From: Clostridia bacterium
GTDB taxonomy: Bacteria > Bacillota > Clostridia > Oscillospirales > Acutalibacteraceae
Assembly: GCA_017524165.1 (NCBI GenBank)
Contig: JAFWUH010000048.1
Coordinates: 4,359 to 68,358 of the forward strand
DNA length: 64,000 bases
Direction: 5' to 3'
Made by a program: the position numbers and the translations under genes. How positions within the stretch are numbered: the first letter of the stretch is position 1; each line of letters starts with the position of its first letter. The notes below the pieces were generated by a model that made no database searches, had not been told where the DNA came from, and saw only the letters and a program-made list of their open reading frames with translations. Positions 9,828-19,412 of the stretch are shown piece after piece.

Positions 9828-9989
9828 GTAAATTACCTCCTGAAAAACTAATCTATTTAAAAATGCGTTGTTTTTTTAACAAGGCGCAGATTTTTCGCAG
9901 ATTGACCGGAAAAGCCAACTTATGCACGAAAGAGCCGGTACGGCGAAATTTTTCGCGACCGACTTTTCAGAGGGGCTTCCCTCACAGAT

Positions 9990-10018
9990 ATTATATCAAA
10001 CGAACAGGATGAAGTCAA
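9990..10018 (-). promoter_or_regulatory. Candidate sigma-A promoter for the 1548-aa gene
   Basis: Minus strand reads TTGACT (10018-10013), 17-nt spacer, TGaTATAAT (extended -10; TATAAT at 9995-9990). Implies a 5' UTR of about 155 nt. Confidence 0.5.
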
Positions 10019-10156
10019 GTGCATAATTACCTTTTTTTATCAAAATTAAGGGATAGTTTTTGTTGAATTTTTATAATTTTTCCGGTCCATTCCCGCCGTA
10101 TGTCGCCTTTTCGTGCGGTACAGGTGTTCTATAAAAATGTGTATTTGGCTGTCCTC

Positions 10157-10753
10157 TCAAAGCCTCGCAACCGCCAAATCCTTTTCCGCTTGCGCGCGGA
10201 TTTGTTCGACTCCTTCCCCGTTCAATGCCGAAAAGGGAATGACGGCAACGCCGTCTGCCGGGGTGCCAAGTTCCGCCCGCATCGCCGAAAGCCGCGCCGC
10301 AAATTCGGTTTTATTCAATTTATCGCACTTGGTCAGCACCACGGTATAGGGAATACCGCTTTGTTGCAGAAAATCCAGCATTGCCCAATCAAATTCGGTA
10401 GGCGGATGGCGCATATCCATCAGCTGAAAGACGCGGACGATCTTTCTGCCGGAGCGAAAATAGGTCTCCATCAAATCCGACCAGCGATCTTTTTCGGCAA
10501 AGGGCACCTTGGCATAGCCGTAGCCCGGCAGATCCACCAAGCGGCATTCGGGCAGGCGGTAAAAATTGACCGTTACGGTCTTGCCCGGCTTACTGCTGAC
10601 CCTTGCCAACGATTTTCGACCGAGCACCCGGTTGATCAGGGAAGATTTCCCGACATTGGATCTGCCCGAAAAGCAGATTTCAGGCAGATCGGAAACCGGC
10701 AACTGGCTTGCGGTGCCGAATGACTGTTCAAAAGTGACCTGCTGCCAGTTCAT
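10157..10753 (-). CDS. engB: Ribosome-biogenesis GTPase EngB/YsxC
   Basis: G1 GRSNVGKSSLIN, G3 DLPGYG, G4 TKCDK. ATGA overlap with the lon stop. lon-ysxC order is typical of Firmicutes. Confidence 0.9.
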   Translation of the reverse strand: MNWQQVTFEQSFGTASQLPVSDLPEICFSGRSNVGKSSLINRVLGRKSLARVSSKPGKTVTVNFYRLPECRLVDLPGYGYAKVPFAEKDRWSDLMETYFRSGRKIVRVFQLMDMRHPPTEFDWAMLDFLQQSGIPYTVVLTKCDKLNKTEFAARLSAMRAELGTPADGVAVIPFSALNGEGVEQIRAQAEKDLAVARL

Positions 10754-13089
10754 GACCGACTCCCCGCCGACCGCAGGGCGCGGTCGATGATCTCCCCGAC
10801 ATGGGAGACCGGCACAAACTGCAGATGCGCCCGCACGGTTTCATCCACTTCATCAATATCGGGCTCATTTTCCTTGGGAATAAAGACGGTGGTCACACCG
10901 CCGCGATACGCCGCCATCGACTTTTCCTTTAAACCGCCGATGGGCAGGACGCATCCGCGGATGGTCACCTCGCCGGTCATGGCAATATCCCGCTTGATTT
11001 CCCGACCGGTCAACGCTGAAATCAAGGCGGTGGTAATGGTCACCCCCGCCGAGGGTCCGTCCTTCGGCACCGCGGCTTCGGTGGCGTGAATATGGATATC
11101 GGTATTTTGATAAAAGGCGGCGTCGATGCCGTACCGTTCGGCATTGGCGCGAACAAAGCTGACCGCCGCTTTTGCCGATTCTTTCATGACATCCCCCAGC
11201 GACCCGGTCAATTCGATCTTACCGGTGCCGGGCATGGCGGCTACCTCCAACTGCATGATCTCGCCGCCGACCGCCGTCCACGCCAGACCGTTGATGAGTC
11301 CGACCTCGTCCTGTGCCGGAATCTGTTCTTTACGGTACCGCTTTTTGCCGAGCAGGGATTCCAAATCGTCCTCGCGGATACGGATCTTTTCCGCTTCCCC
11401 GGCGGCAATTTTTTTCGCTGATTTGGCGCACAGGGAGGCAATCGCGCGCTCCAGTCGGCGCACGCCCGCCTCGCGGGTATAGGAATCAATCAAGCCGTAC
11501 AAGGCGCTGTCGGTCACGGTCAGCTGTTTTTTGGTCAGACCGTGCCGCGCCAGCTCTTTTGCCACCAAATGCCGTTTGGCAATTTGGAATTTTTCTTCGC
11601 GGGTATAGCCCTCCAGCTCAATAATCTCCATTCGGTCTTGCAAGGGCGCCGGAATATCGGCTAAATTATTGGCGGTCATCAAAAAGACGACATGGCTTAA
11701 ATCAAACGGTAATTCGATAAAATTATCGCAGAAGGTGTGGTTTTGTTCCGGGTCTAACACCTCCAGCAACGCCGCCGAGGGGTCGCCGCGATAATCGTTG
11801 CTGACCTTATCAATTTCATCCAACAGCAACAGCGGATTGTTGTTTCCTGCTTGTTTCACCGCCGAAATAATTCTGCCGGGCATGGCGCCGATATAGGTTT
11901 TGCGGTGGCCGCGAATCTCGGCTTCATCGTGCAATCCGCCGAGTGCCACGCGGGCATAACTGCGCCCCATACATTCCGCCACCGTTTTGCCGATAGAGGT
12001 TTTCCCGACGCCGGGCGGTCCGACCAGGCAGAGGATCTGACCGGTGATATCGGGCGAAAGCGCATAAACCGAAAGCATTTCGAGAATGCGTTCCTTGACC
12101 TTTTTCATGCCGTAGAAATCACGATCCAAGATCTTTTCGGCTTTTTCGATATCCACCGTCGCGGCGGAACGCTTGCGCCACGGCAAACATAAACAGGTAT
12201 CCAGCCAGGTGCGGACAACCGTACCGTCATGCGCTCCCTGCGGCATTTTGGAGAGGCGGTTGACCTCTGTGCGGAGCCGTTCTTTGACCGCGTCATCGGC
12301 ATCCAACTGCGCAATGCTTTCATAATAACGGTCGATTTCATCGGCGCTGTCATCGCCGTACAGTTCATCGCTGATGACCCGCATCTGTTCTTTTAAATAA
12401 TACTCGCGTTGGCTATCGTCAATCTGCCGGCGGGTCTGTTCCCCGATTTTATGGTCAATGACGGCGATTTCCCGCTCTTTACTCAACAGCTCCAACAACA
12501 GTTTGGCGCGGGAAACGGGCGAAAGCTGTTCCAAAAGATACTGTTTATCGTCATAGGGCGCCGCAATGCCGTCGGCAATTCGGTCGCAAAGCAGTTCCAA
12601 ATCCGTTTCGGATGCGATCGCCATCATCAATTCGGGCGAAAGGTTCTGCGCGACCTTAGCATAGCGCTCTAATTCATTTTTAATTCGTCGAATCAGGCTT
12701 TCCAAATAAACCGCGCGGCGGTTGACCGGTTTCGGGAAGCAGGGAACAAATTCCCCCACCAAAAAACGATCCTGTACCGAAAGCGAAAGCAATTCGGCAC
12801 GCACCTTTCCTTCGGCAATCACCTTGACCGAACCGTCGGGCAGTTTCAGCAGCTGTCGCACCACGGCAACACAGCCAATTTTATATAAATCTTTTTTGGT
12901 CGGTTCGTCGACCGTCAAATCGCGCTGTGCCACCAAAAGCACCCGCTGATTCTTCCCCATCGCGGCTTCCAGTGCCGCCACCGAGCGGTCGCGACCGGCA
13001 TCAAAGGTTAAAATCGTCCCCGGAAAAGCCACCACACCGCGCATGGCGATGACGGGCAGAGAACGAACTTCGGTATTCAATGTCGGCAT
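10750..13089 (-). CDS. lon: ATP-dependent Lon protease (LonA type)
   Basis: Walker A GPPGVGKTS and catalytic-Ser motif DGPSAGVT. N-terminus MPTLNTEVRSLPVIAMRGVVAFPG. I prefer ATG 13089 (AAGGAG upstream) over the ORF-track TTG at 13128, which overlaps the preceding gene. Confidence 0.9.
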   Translation of the reverse strand: MPTLNTEVRSLPVIAMRGVVAFPGTILTFDAGRDRSVAALEAAMGKNQRVLLVAQRDLTVDEPTKKDLYKIGCVAVVRQLLKLPDGSVKVIAEGKVRAELLSLSVQDRFLVGEFVPCFPKPVNRRAVYLESLIRRIKNELERYAKVAQNLSPELMMAIASETDLELLCDRIADGIAAPYDDKQYLLEQLSPVSRAKLLLELLSKEREIAVIDHKIGEQTRRQIDDSQREYYLKEQMRVISDELYGDDSADEIDRYYESIAQLDADDAVKERLRTEVNRLSKMPQGAHDGTVVRTWLDTCLCLPWRKRSAATVDIEKAEKILDRDFYGMKKVKERILEMLSVYALSPDITGQILCLVGPPGVGKTSIGKTVAECMGRSYARVALGGLHDEAEIRGHRKTYIGAMPGRIISAVKQAGNNNPLLLLDEIDKVSNDYRGDPSAALLEVLDPEQNHTFCDNFIELPFDLSHVVFLMTANNLADIPAPLQDRMEIIELEGYTREEKFQIAKRHLVAKELARHGLTKKQLTVTDSALYGLIDSYTREAGVRRLERAIASLCAKSAKKIAAGEAEKIRIREDDLESLLGKKRYRKEQIPAQDEVGLINGLAWTAVGGEIMQLEVAAMPGTGKIELTGSLGDVMKESAKAAVSFVRANAERYGIDAAFYQNTDIHIHATEAAVPKDGPSAGVTITTALISALTGREIKRDIAMTGEVTIRGCVLPIGGLKEKSMAAYRGGVTTVFIPKENEPDIDEVDETVRAHLQFVPVSHVGEIIDRALRSAGSRS

Positions 13090-13115
13090 TGAAAAATAAT
13101 CTCCTTGTCGGTAAT

Positions 13116-13673
13116 TTACATTGCCCAATACTGCGGATCATACAGCACGATTCCGCAAAGGGCGTTTTCTTGAAACACAAAATTGAGCACATATTCTCCA
13201 AAGGTATAAGAAATGCAGGTGGTATCCTGCGCAAACGGCAGGAAGAAGGTCTCCTCCTCTGTTGCCGGATGTTCCTTGCCTTCATACGCGGAAAGCTGTT
13301 CGGTCACCTCGACCGTCACGCTGTTCTGCGGAAAGCCGAAACCGCCGTCCAAACAGACAATACAGGCAATTCCCTTTTCCTCGTGCCCTTTTTCGTAATA
13401 AAAGCTATACTGATCGGTCGAAATCCGAACGGTTTGTTCCCCCTCGGTCAGGTCATAAAAACCCTCTTCGCCCGCTTCTTCCGCCTTGGCGGACAGATCG
13501 GCTTTCAATTTCTCAATATCCATCCCGAGCCGATATTCGGTTTCCGGAATCTGTCCAAGCTTGGCAAAATATGCCACATCCAAACCGTCTTCCGGTTTCT
13601 TGGCGTCTCTTCCGCAAGCGGTCAGCGCGCAAACAAGCATCAGGCAAAGTCCGACGGCAAATAGTTTTTTCAT
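13116..13673 (-). CDS. Hypothetical lipoprotein
   Basis: MKKLFAVGLCLMLVCALTACGRD has a lipobox (LTAC). 185 aa, no recognisable domain. 4-nt overlap with the pncB stop. Confidence 0.7.
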   Translation of the reverse strand: MKKLFAVGLCLMLVCALTACGRDAKKPEDGLDVAYFAKLGQIPETEYRLGMDIEKLKADLSAKAEEAGEEGFYDLTEGEQTVRISTDQYSFYYEKGHEEKGIACIVCLDGGFGFPQNSVTVEVTEQLSAYEGKEHPATEEETFFLPFAQDTTCISYTFGEYVLNFVFQENALCGIVLYDPQYWAM

Positions 13674-15127
13674 CCTTTTTCTCCTTGTTTAGAAATTTGT
13701 TTCAGCAAATCCTCGCGTTGCTTCCACAGTTTTTCGGACAAGTCCACATAATAGGTGTGCGGTTTTTCAAAGCGCGTTACCTCGTCCCACAAGGAATCGA
13801 CCTGCTTGACGCGGCGCGCACAGATTTCTTTGATTGAGGGCAGTTCATAGACCAGTTTTCCCTTTTCAAATATTTTGGACTGCAATTTGACCGCTACAAA
13901 ATCGGTCACGACCTTGCGTTTCCAGGTATAGACCGGATCAAACAGCTCATACGGTTCGGCATCGTCAATCTTTTCGTCATGCAGTGCAATGACATCGGCG
14001 ATCGCCTTTCCGGTAGCGCGATCATAGAACCGCCACGGAATCTTTACCCCCGGCAGGGTGACCTTTTCCGGATTTTCGCTCACCTTGATTTTCGGGATCA
14101 GCTCGCCGCCGCGCTCAATCGCCGACAGCTTATAAACACCGCCGAAAACCGCCTCGCTCGACGCGGTGATCAGCCGCACGCCGACGCCGAAGCTATCGAC
14201 CTGCGCGCCCTGGAAAATCATATCGCGGATCAGGTATTCATCCAACGAGTTTGACACACAGATTTTACAATCGGGATACCCGGCGTCATCCAACATTTTA
14301 CGCACTTTTTTCGATAAATAGGTAATATCGCCGCTGTCGATACGGATCCCGAGCGGACGAATGCCGCGCGGTTTCAAAACCTCATCAAAAACGCGAATGG
14401 CGTTCGGAATGCCGGAATGCAGTACATTATAGGTATCGACCAGCAACAGACAGCTGTCGGGATACTGTTCGGCATAGGTTTTAAACGCCAAATACTCATC
14501 GTCAAACAACTGCACCCAGCTATGCGCCATCGTTCCGGACGCCTTTACTCCGAAATCCTTGGCGACCTTGACCACCGAAGTGCCGCTGCAACCGGCAATA
14601 ATAGCCGACCGCGCGCCGAAATAGGCGGCGTCATACCCCTGCGCCCGACGGGCGCCGAATTCCATGACCGGCCGTCCCTGTGCCGCGCGGACAATGCGGT
14701 TGGCTTTGGTCATGATGAGCGACTGATGGTTGACGGTCAACAAGACCATGGTTTCGACCATTAACGCCTGCATGATCGGTCCGCGCACCGTAACGATCGG
14801 TTCCTGCGGGAAGATGACCGTGCCCTCCGGCACCGCCCAAACATCGCAGGTAAACTTAAATTCCGCTAAATAATTGATAAAATCCTCCGAAAAGAGGTTT
14901 AACGAACGCAGATAGGCAATATCGTCCGCATCAAAATGCAGATGCTGTAAATAGTCGACCAGTTGCTCTACCCCGCCCATCAGCGCAAAACCGCCCTGAT
15001 CGGGAACCCGGCGGAAAAACATATCAAAATAGGCGATCGTATTACGCCAATCGGTCTCAAAAACACCGTTTGCCATGGTCAGTTCATAAAGATCCATCAA
15101 CATGGTCAAATTTCTTTTATCCTGCAT
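13670..15127 (-). CDS. pncB: Nicotinate phosphoribosyltransferase
   Basis: MQDKRNLTMLMDLYELTMANG N-terminus and SGTMAHSW motif. Start moved to ATG 15127 (GAAAGGAAG SD, 6-nt spacer). The ORF-track start at 15148 is a GTG inside the argS stop region. Confidence 0.85.
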   Translation of the reverse strand: MQDKRNLTMLMDLYELTMANGVFETDWRNTIAYFDMFFRRVPDQGGFALMGGVEQLVDYLQHLHFDADDIAYLRSLNLFSEDFINYLAEFKFTCDVWAVPEGTVIFPQEPIVTVRGPIMQALMVETMVLLTVNHQSLIMTKANRIVRAAQGRPVMEFGARRAQGYDAAYFGARSAIIAGCSGTSVVKVAKDFGVKASGTMAHSWVQLFDDEYLAFKTYAEQYPDSCLLLVDTYNVLHSGIPNAIRVFDEVLKPRGIRPLGIRIDSGDITYLSKKVRKMLDDAGYPDCKICVSNSLDEYLIRDMIFQGAQVDSFGVGVRLITASSEAVFGGVYKLSAIERGGELIPKIKVSENPEKVTLPGVKIPWRFYDRATGKAIADVIALHDEKIDDAEPYELFDPVYTWKRKVVTDFVAVKLQSKIFEKGKLVYELPSIKEICARRVKQVDSLWDEVTRFEKPHTYYVDLSEKLWKQREDLLKQISKQGEKG

Positions 15128-15144
15128 GATAAACTTCCTTTCAG

Positions 15145-16833
15145 TCACATTTTTTCGGGGGCTTCAATTTTCATCAGCGAAAGCACATTACGCAGTACCG
15201 TCGCCGTTGCCACGCAAAGATGAAGGCGTGCCTGCATCAGCGATTCTTCACTGCCTTTCACGCGGCAGGCGTCATAAAACTTATGGAACCGCGTGGCGAC
15301 TTCCACCACATAATGGGTCAGTCGTGCTGGATCATAGGTTTTCGCGGCAGTAATGATTTCATCGGTCAAGCCGCCGAGCAGAAGAATCAGCTCGCGTTCG
15401 GTCGGCTGGCAAAGCAGACCGAATTCCTCCGCCGAGACGGGGCGAAGCGCGATCCCCTCCTCCCCGAGATTTCGCAGTACGCTGCAAATCCGGGCATGGG
15501 CATACTGCACATAGTGGATCGGGTTGGTATTCTTCTCGCTGACCGCCAAATCCAAATCAAAATCGAAGTGACTGTTCGGCTCGCGCAGATTAAAGAAGAA
15601 TCTCGCGGCGTCCACCGGCACTTCCTCCAGCAGAGTCACCAGCGTAATGGCTTTGCCCGAGCGTTTGGAAGCCTTGACCACCTCGCCGTCCCGCACCAGG
15701 CGCACCATCTGCATCAGCACGACATCCAAACGGTCGGCATCGACGCCGAGCGCCGTTAACGCTGCTTTCAGCCGCGGTACATAGCCGTGATGATCCGCAC
15801 CCAAAACATCAATCGCTTTATCGAAACGGCGCACCTCCAATTTATTATAATGATACGCGATATCGGGCACAACATAGGTCGGCACCCCGTTGGCACGCAC
15901 CAAAACAAAATCTTTATCACAACCGAAATCGGTGGCGCGGAACCACAGCGCGCCTTCCTGCTCATAGGTATGTCCGCTTTCCTTCAACCGCTCGATCACC
16001 CGTGCGGTTTCTCCGTTTTGATGCAGGGTACTTTCCCGGAACCAGGTATCATACTCGATCCGGTATTTCCGCAGATCGTCCTGCAATCCCTGAATATTTT
16101 TCGGCAGTGCAAAATCCACCAGCGCCTGACGGCGTTCTTCCTCGCTGACCCCCATCAACGCGTCGCCGTTTTGTTCGGCATACGCTTTTGCATGAGCGAT
16201 GATATCGGCGCCGTGATAGGAATCCTCCGGCATTTCCACGCCGTCACGGAACAACTGCTGATAGCGCAGATCCAGCGACAGCCCGAATTTATTGATTTGA
16301 TTTCCGGCGTCATTAATATAAAACTCGCGTTCGGTATAGAATCCCGCCGCATCCAAAGCCGCCGCCAGACAGTCGCCCAACGCGCCGCCGCGCGCATTGC
16401 CGATATGCATCGGTCCGGTCGGATTAGCGGACACAAACTCCACCAACACGCGTTTGCCCGCACCGTATTGACTGCGGCCGTACCCATCGCCCTTTTCCTC
16501 GATATCCCGCAGAATATCGGTATAATATTTTGCCGCTAAAAAGAAGTTGATAAAACCGGGTCCGGCAATTTCAACCCGCTCAATATAACTATCGGTAATA
16601 TCCATTTGCTCGGTCAAAACCGTTGCAATTGCCCGCGGCGCTTGGTGCAGTTGTCTCGCCCAAACCATCGCGGCGTTGGCGGCATAATCGCCGTGACTGC
16701 GGTCTGCCGGTGCTTCCACCGTGAAATCAGGCAGATCCGTCTGCGGAAAAATTTCCTGCGTCATGGCCTGTCCCGCCGCCGATTTTAAGAGCGATACAAT
16801 TTGCTGTTTAGCTTGTTCTACGATAACTGACAT
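15145..16833 (-). CDS. argS: Arginine--tRNA ligase
   Basis: 562 aa with class-I HIGH-type motif PMHIGNARGG. Length and overall layout are typical of ArgRS. SD AGGAGGA upstream. Confidence 0.95.
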   Translation of the reverse strand: MSVIVEQAKQQIVSLLKSAAGQAMTQEIFPQTDLPDFTVEAPADRSHGDYAANAAMVWARQLHQAPRAIATVLTEQMDITDSYIERVEIAGPGFINFFLAAKYYTDILRDIEEKGDGYGRSQYGAGKRVLVEFVSANPTGPMHIGNARGGALGDCLAAALDAAGFYTEREFYINDAGNQINKFGLSLDLRYQQLFRDGVEMPEDSYHGADIIAHAKAYAEQNGDALMGVSEEERRQALVDFALPKNIQGLQDDLRKYRIEYDTWFRESTLHQNGETARVIERLKESGHTYEQEGALWFRATDFGCDKDFVLVRANGVPTYVVPDIAYHYNKLEVRRFDKAIDVLGADHHGYVPRLKAALTALGVDADRLDVVLMQMVRLVRDGEVVKASKRSGKAITLVTLLEEVPVDAARFFFNLREPNSHFDFDLDLAVSEKNTNPIHYVQYAHARICSVLRNLGEEGIALRPVSAEEFGLLCQPTERELILLLGGLTDEIITAAKTYDPARLTHYVVEVATRFHKFYDACRVKGSEESLMQARLHLCVATATVLRNVLSLMKIEAPEKM

Positions 16834-17267
16834 GTTTTTTTGTCCTCCTGTCGCGCCACGCGAATTTCAATGGTATTTTGGCTTAAAAGCCTGCCCTGAG
16901 AGGCGAGAATATACCCGGCAAAAAACCGTCCGCCGGTTTCGTTCAACCGGTTTTCGACCGTCTCGCCGACAGTTTCAAGCGCCAGCTGTCCCTGCGGTGC
17001 CGGATAAAAGCAAATGTTTTTTTTGCCCTGTTGGATCACCAGGCGGGAAGCCGCCGCGCCGTCACGCAAGACCGAAACCGTGCCGTCCTGTTTCACATAG
17101 ATCTTGGTCTGCACACCCGCCATGCCGAAGCTTTCCGGCTCCTCATAGCAAAGCAGCCATTCCCCGTTCCTCTCCCCAAAACGACCGACCGTCACCGATT
17201 CAATCGTATCGCGTTCGCCGTCCATCATTTGGGTACCGATAATGGTAAAAACCGCGTCGTACATCAT
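16818..17267 (-). CDS. DUF1934 (YwiB-like) beta-barrel protein
   Basis: 149 aa, directly upstream of and overlapping argS by 16 nt, as ywiB-argS is in Bacillus. Sequence (TIIGTQ...DGE...) is consistent with DUF1934. Confidence 0.65.
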   Translation of the reverse strand: MMYDAVFTIIGTQMMDGERDTIESVTVGRFGERNGEWLLCYEEPESFGMAGVQTKIYVKQDGTVSVLRDGAAASRLVIQQGKKNICFYPAPQGQLALETVGETVENRLNETGGRFFAGYILASQGRLLSQNTIEIRVARQEDKKTCQLS

Positions 17268-18082
17268 ATGCCGTTGATATCCACCTGTTCCACCCTGCCG
17301 TCGCAGAGGTCTTCTCCCAACAACACCGAAGCAATTTTACGGAAAGAAGCAGCCTTATCGCTGACATAAAAACGGTGTATGCCGGTTTCCTTGCGATCGG
17401 TCGCCAAACCGAATTTTGCTAATCGTTCCACCACAGCCAACGCCGTCGCCGTACCCATATTGATCAAGGTAACGGCCTCGCCCATCACGCGGTGAATCGC
17501 CTCACTCAAGACCGGAAAATGGGTACAACCCAGGATCACGGTATCGACCTGTGCGTCGATCATCGGTTGCAGATACCGCCGCACCGTCTCCAGCACAACG
17601 GGATCGTCTGCCGAGAACCATCCCTCTTCCACCAGCGGCACAAAAAGCGTCGCGCTGTTTTCCACCACGGTGGCGTCGGGCAACTGTTCCAGAATCTGCC
17701 GACGATGTGCGCCGCTGCGAATGGTCGCCGCCGTGCCAAGCACCCCGATTTTCTTGTTTTTGGTGGCTTTGACCGCCGCCGAAACCGAATGGGACACTAC
17801 TTCCACAAACGGCACCGGTAATCCCTCCGCCGCATCTACCGCCACCGAAGAAACAGTACCGCAGGCCGCAACGATCAGTTTGACATCCTTTTGCAGTAAA
17901 AACCGTTCATCCTCGCGTGCATATTTACAAATGGTCTCCCGACTGCGGGTTCCGTATGGTACCCGGCCGGTATCCCCGAAATAAACAATATCCTCCTGCG
18001 GTAAGAGCTTCACGATTTCTTTAACAACCGTTAAACCGCCGAGTCCCGAATCGAAAATGCCGATGGCGCGTTGATCTCCCAC
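17264..18082 (-). CDS. murI: Glutamate racemase
   Basis: IGIFDSGLGGLTV, and catalytic Cys motifs AACGTVSS and LGCTHFP. GTG start with GAGGTGG SD. Confidence 0.9.
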   Translation of the reverse strand: MGDQRAIGIFDSGLGGLTVVKEIVKLLPQEDIVYFGDTGRVPYGTRSRETICKYAREDERFLLQKDVKLIVAACGTVSSVAVDAAEGLPVPFVEVVSHSVSAAVKATKNKKIGVLGTAATIRSGAHRRQILEQLPDATVVENSATLFVPLVEEGWFSADDPVVLETVRRYLQPMIDAQVDTVILGCTHFPVLSEAIHRVMGEAVTLINMGTATALAVVERLAKFGLATDRKETGIHRFYVSDKAASFRKIASVLLGEDLCDGRVEQVDINGI

Positions 18083-18119
18083 AGTTCCACCTCAAAATCT
18101 TTCGATAATGTTTCATAAT

Positions 18120-18148
18120 ATCATACCATACGACAATCCATTTTGCAA
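18120..18148 (-). promoter_or_regulatory. Candidate promoter of the murI-to-engB housekeeping operon
   Basis: Minus strand reads TTGCAA (18148-18143), 17-nt spacer, TGgTATGAT (TATGAT at 18125-18120). Confidence 0.4.
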
Positions 18149-18216
18149 CCTTTTTATCAAGATTTCCCCCAATTTTCGTCTTTCGGACACAACCCGCTGT
18201 TTTCGGAAACTATTCC

Positions 18217-18245
18217 TTGATTCCCCTGTCGAAAAATGATAAAAT
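18217..18245 (+). promoter_or_regulatory. Candidate promoter of yhaO-yhaN
   Basis: TTGATT (18217-18222), 17-nt spacer ending in TGa, TAAAAT (18240-18245). Confidence 0.35.
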
Positions 18246-18278
18246 AAAGAAAATCCAAGCAACAATGGGAGGAACCCC

Positions 18279-19412
18279 GTGAACGAAATTAAATTTTTAC
18301 ACTGTGCCGACCTTCATCTCGGCGCTTCTTGCTCTTATTTGGGCGCAAAGGCAAAAAAGCGCCGTATGGAGACCTTGCTGACCTTTGAAAAAATCATTGA
18401 TACCGCCCAAGAAAACCGGGTGGATTTTCTGCTGATTGCGGGTGATTTATTGGACAGCAACACGGTCGAAGCCGCATGGATTGACCGCGTTTTTGACGGG
18501 TTTCGGCAGATTCCGGAAATTGAGATTATTTATGCCGCCGGCAATCATGATCCCCTGGATGCAACTTCCCCGTTTCGCACCAAGCTGTTGCCCGATAATG
18601 TGCATATTTTAGGCACCGCGGATACCGTTCTGCATTTCCCGCGTCTGCATACCGATATCTACGGTCGCTCGTTCGGCGAATGTTATTTGACCGGAGAAGA
18701 GCGATTTTCTCTGCCCACCGATCTCAACGCTGTTTCTCTAATGGTACAGCACGGTGATTTTCCCGGCAGTTCGGCGGGAAATTACAATCCTATCACGCCG
18801 GATTTTATCAAAACCAGCGGCATGGATTATATTGCGCTCGGTCACATCCACCAGCGAACCGATTTACAACAGCTCGGCGGCACCGCGTTTAGTTATTGCG
18901 GTTGTCCCGAGGGACAGGGCTTTGACGAATCCGGCGAAAAGGGTGTTTACCTTGGCACCGTTGCAAAAGGAAACTGCTCGTTGCAGTTTATTCCCTTGGC
19001 AAAACGGCGGCACGAACGGATGACGGTCGATATTTCACCCTATGAAACCACCGCCGAAACGGCAACTGCCATTCTGCAAGCCGCGGAATCCCTCTATGGA
19101 GAAGATTATGCGGAAAATCTTTATCGTATTACGCTGACCGGTGCATTAGCTGAAAATCAAGATCTTTCGATGACTGAATTATCCGCTCGACTGAATGATA
19201 TTCTTTACTTTGCCAAGGTGAAAAATCGCACCACCGTCCAAGCGGATTTGGCAGTACTGGCGAACGAGCCGAGTTTAAAGGGAATTTTTGTCCGAAAAAT
19301 GCTGTCAGCGCTTTCGCAGGCAAGCGAAACCGATCGACCAACGGTCGAGGCGGCGTTACAGTTGGGTCTGCGCGCTTTCAGAGGGGAGGTCGACGATTTT
19401 GATACTGAATAA
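18279..19412 (+). CDS. yhaO: SbcD/Mre11-family metallophosphoesterase (YhaO-like DNA repair exonuclease)
   Basis: Phosphoesterase motifs CADLHLG, AGDLLD, AGNHD and GHIH. GTG start after GGGAGGA. Confidence 0.8.
   Translation: MNEIKFLHCADLHLGASCSYLGAKAKKRRMETLLTFEKIIDTAQENRVDFLLIAGDLLDSNTVEAAWIDRVFDGFRQIPEIEIIYAAGNHDPLDATSPFRTKLLPDNVHILGTADTVLHFPRLHTDIYGRSFGECYLTGEERFSLPTDLNAVSLMVQHGDFPGSSAGNYNPITPDFIKTSGMDYIALGHIHQRTDLQQLGGTAFSYCGCPEGQGFDESGEKGVYLGTVAKGNCSLQFIPLAKRRHERMTVDISPYETTAETATAILQAAESLYGEDYAENLYRITLTGALAENQDLSMTELSARLNDILYFAKVKNRTTVQADLAVLANEPSLKGIFVRKMLSALSQASETDRPTVEAALQLGLRAFRGEVDDFDTE

Noticed and set aside
9828-9989. The roughly 155-nt leader of the 1548-aa gene considered as a possible riboswitch, and a 48-codon plus-strand ORF starting at about 9864.
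   Set aside because: Only short imperfect hairpins and a small direct repeat (TCTGCG twice) are present, with no recognisable riboswitch core. The ORF has no SD and lies antisense to the leader.
10100-10723. Long plus-strand ORFs antisense to conserved genes. Examples: 10100..10723, 13080..13664, 15787..16539, 16721..17242, 46689..47672, 51657..52403, 54075..55025, 55458..56222 and 61785..62459.
   Set aside because: Each lies entirely inside a minus-strand gene that has strong family motifs or clear paralogs. None has an SD. Their translations are low-complexity, Arg/Gly/His-rich shadow-frame products, so I treat them as non-coding frames.
15145-17267. Looked for a T-box leader or riboswitch upstream of argS and pncB.
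   Set aside because: argS overlaps the upstream DUF1934 gene by 16 nt, and pncB starts 18 nt after the argS stop. No leader space exists, and no specifier or T-box-like sequence was seen.
19288-19398. N-terminal extensions in the ORF track for yhaN (19288), lon (13128), pncB (15148), permease (34720), dockerin protein (23872), SBP (45062), GH38 (59322) and FAD oxidoreductase (59427).
   Set aside because: The extended starts are alternative codons or ATGs with no SD or a mis-spaced SD, and they overlap upstream genes. Downstream starts have good SDs and give canonical N-termini or signal peptides.
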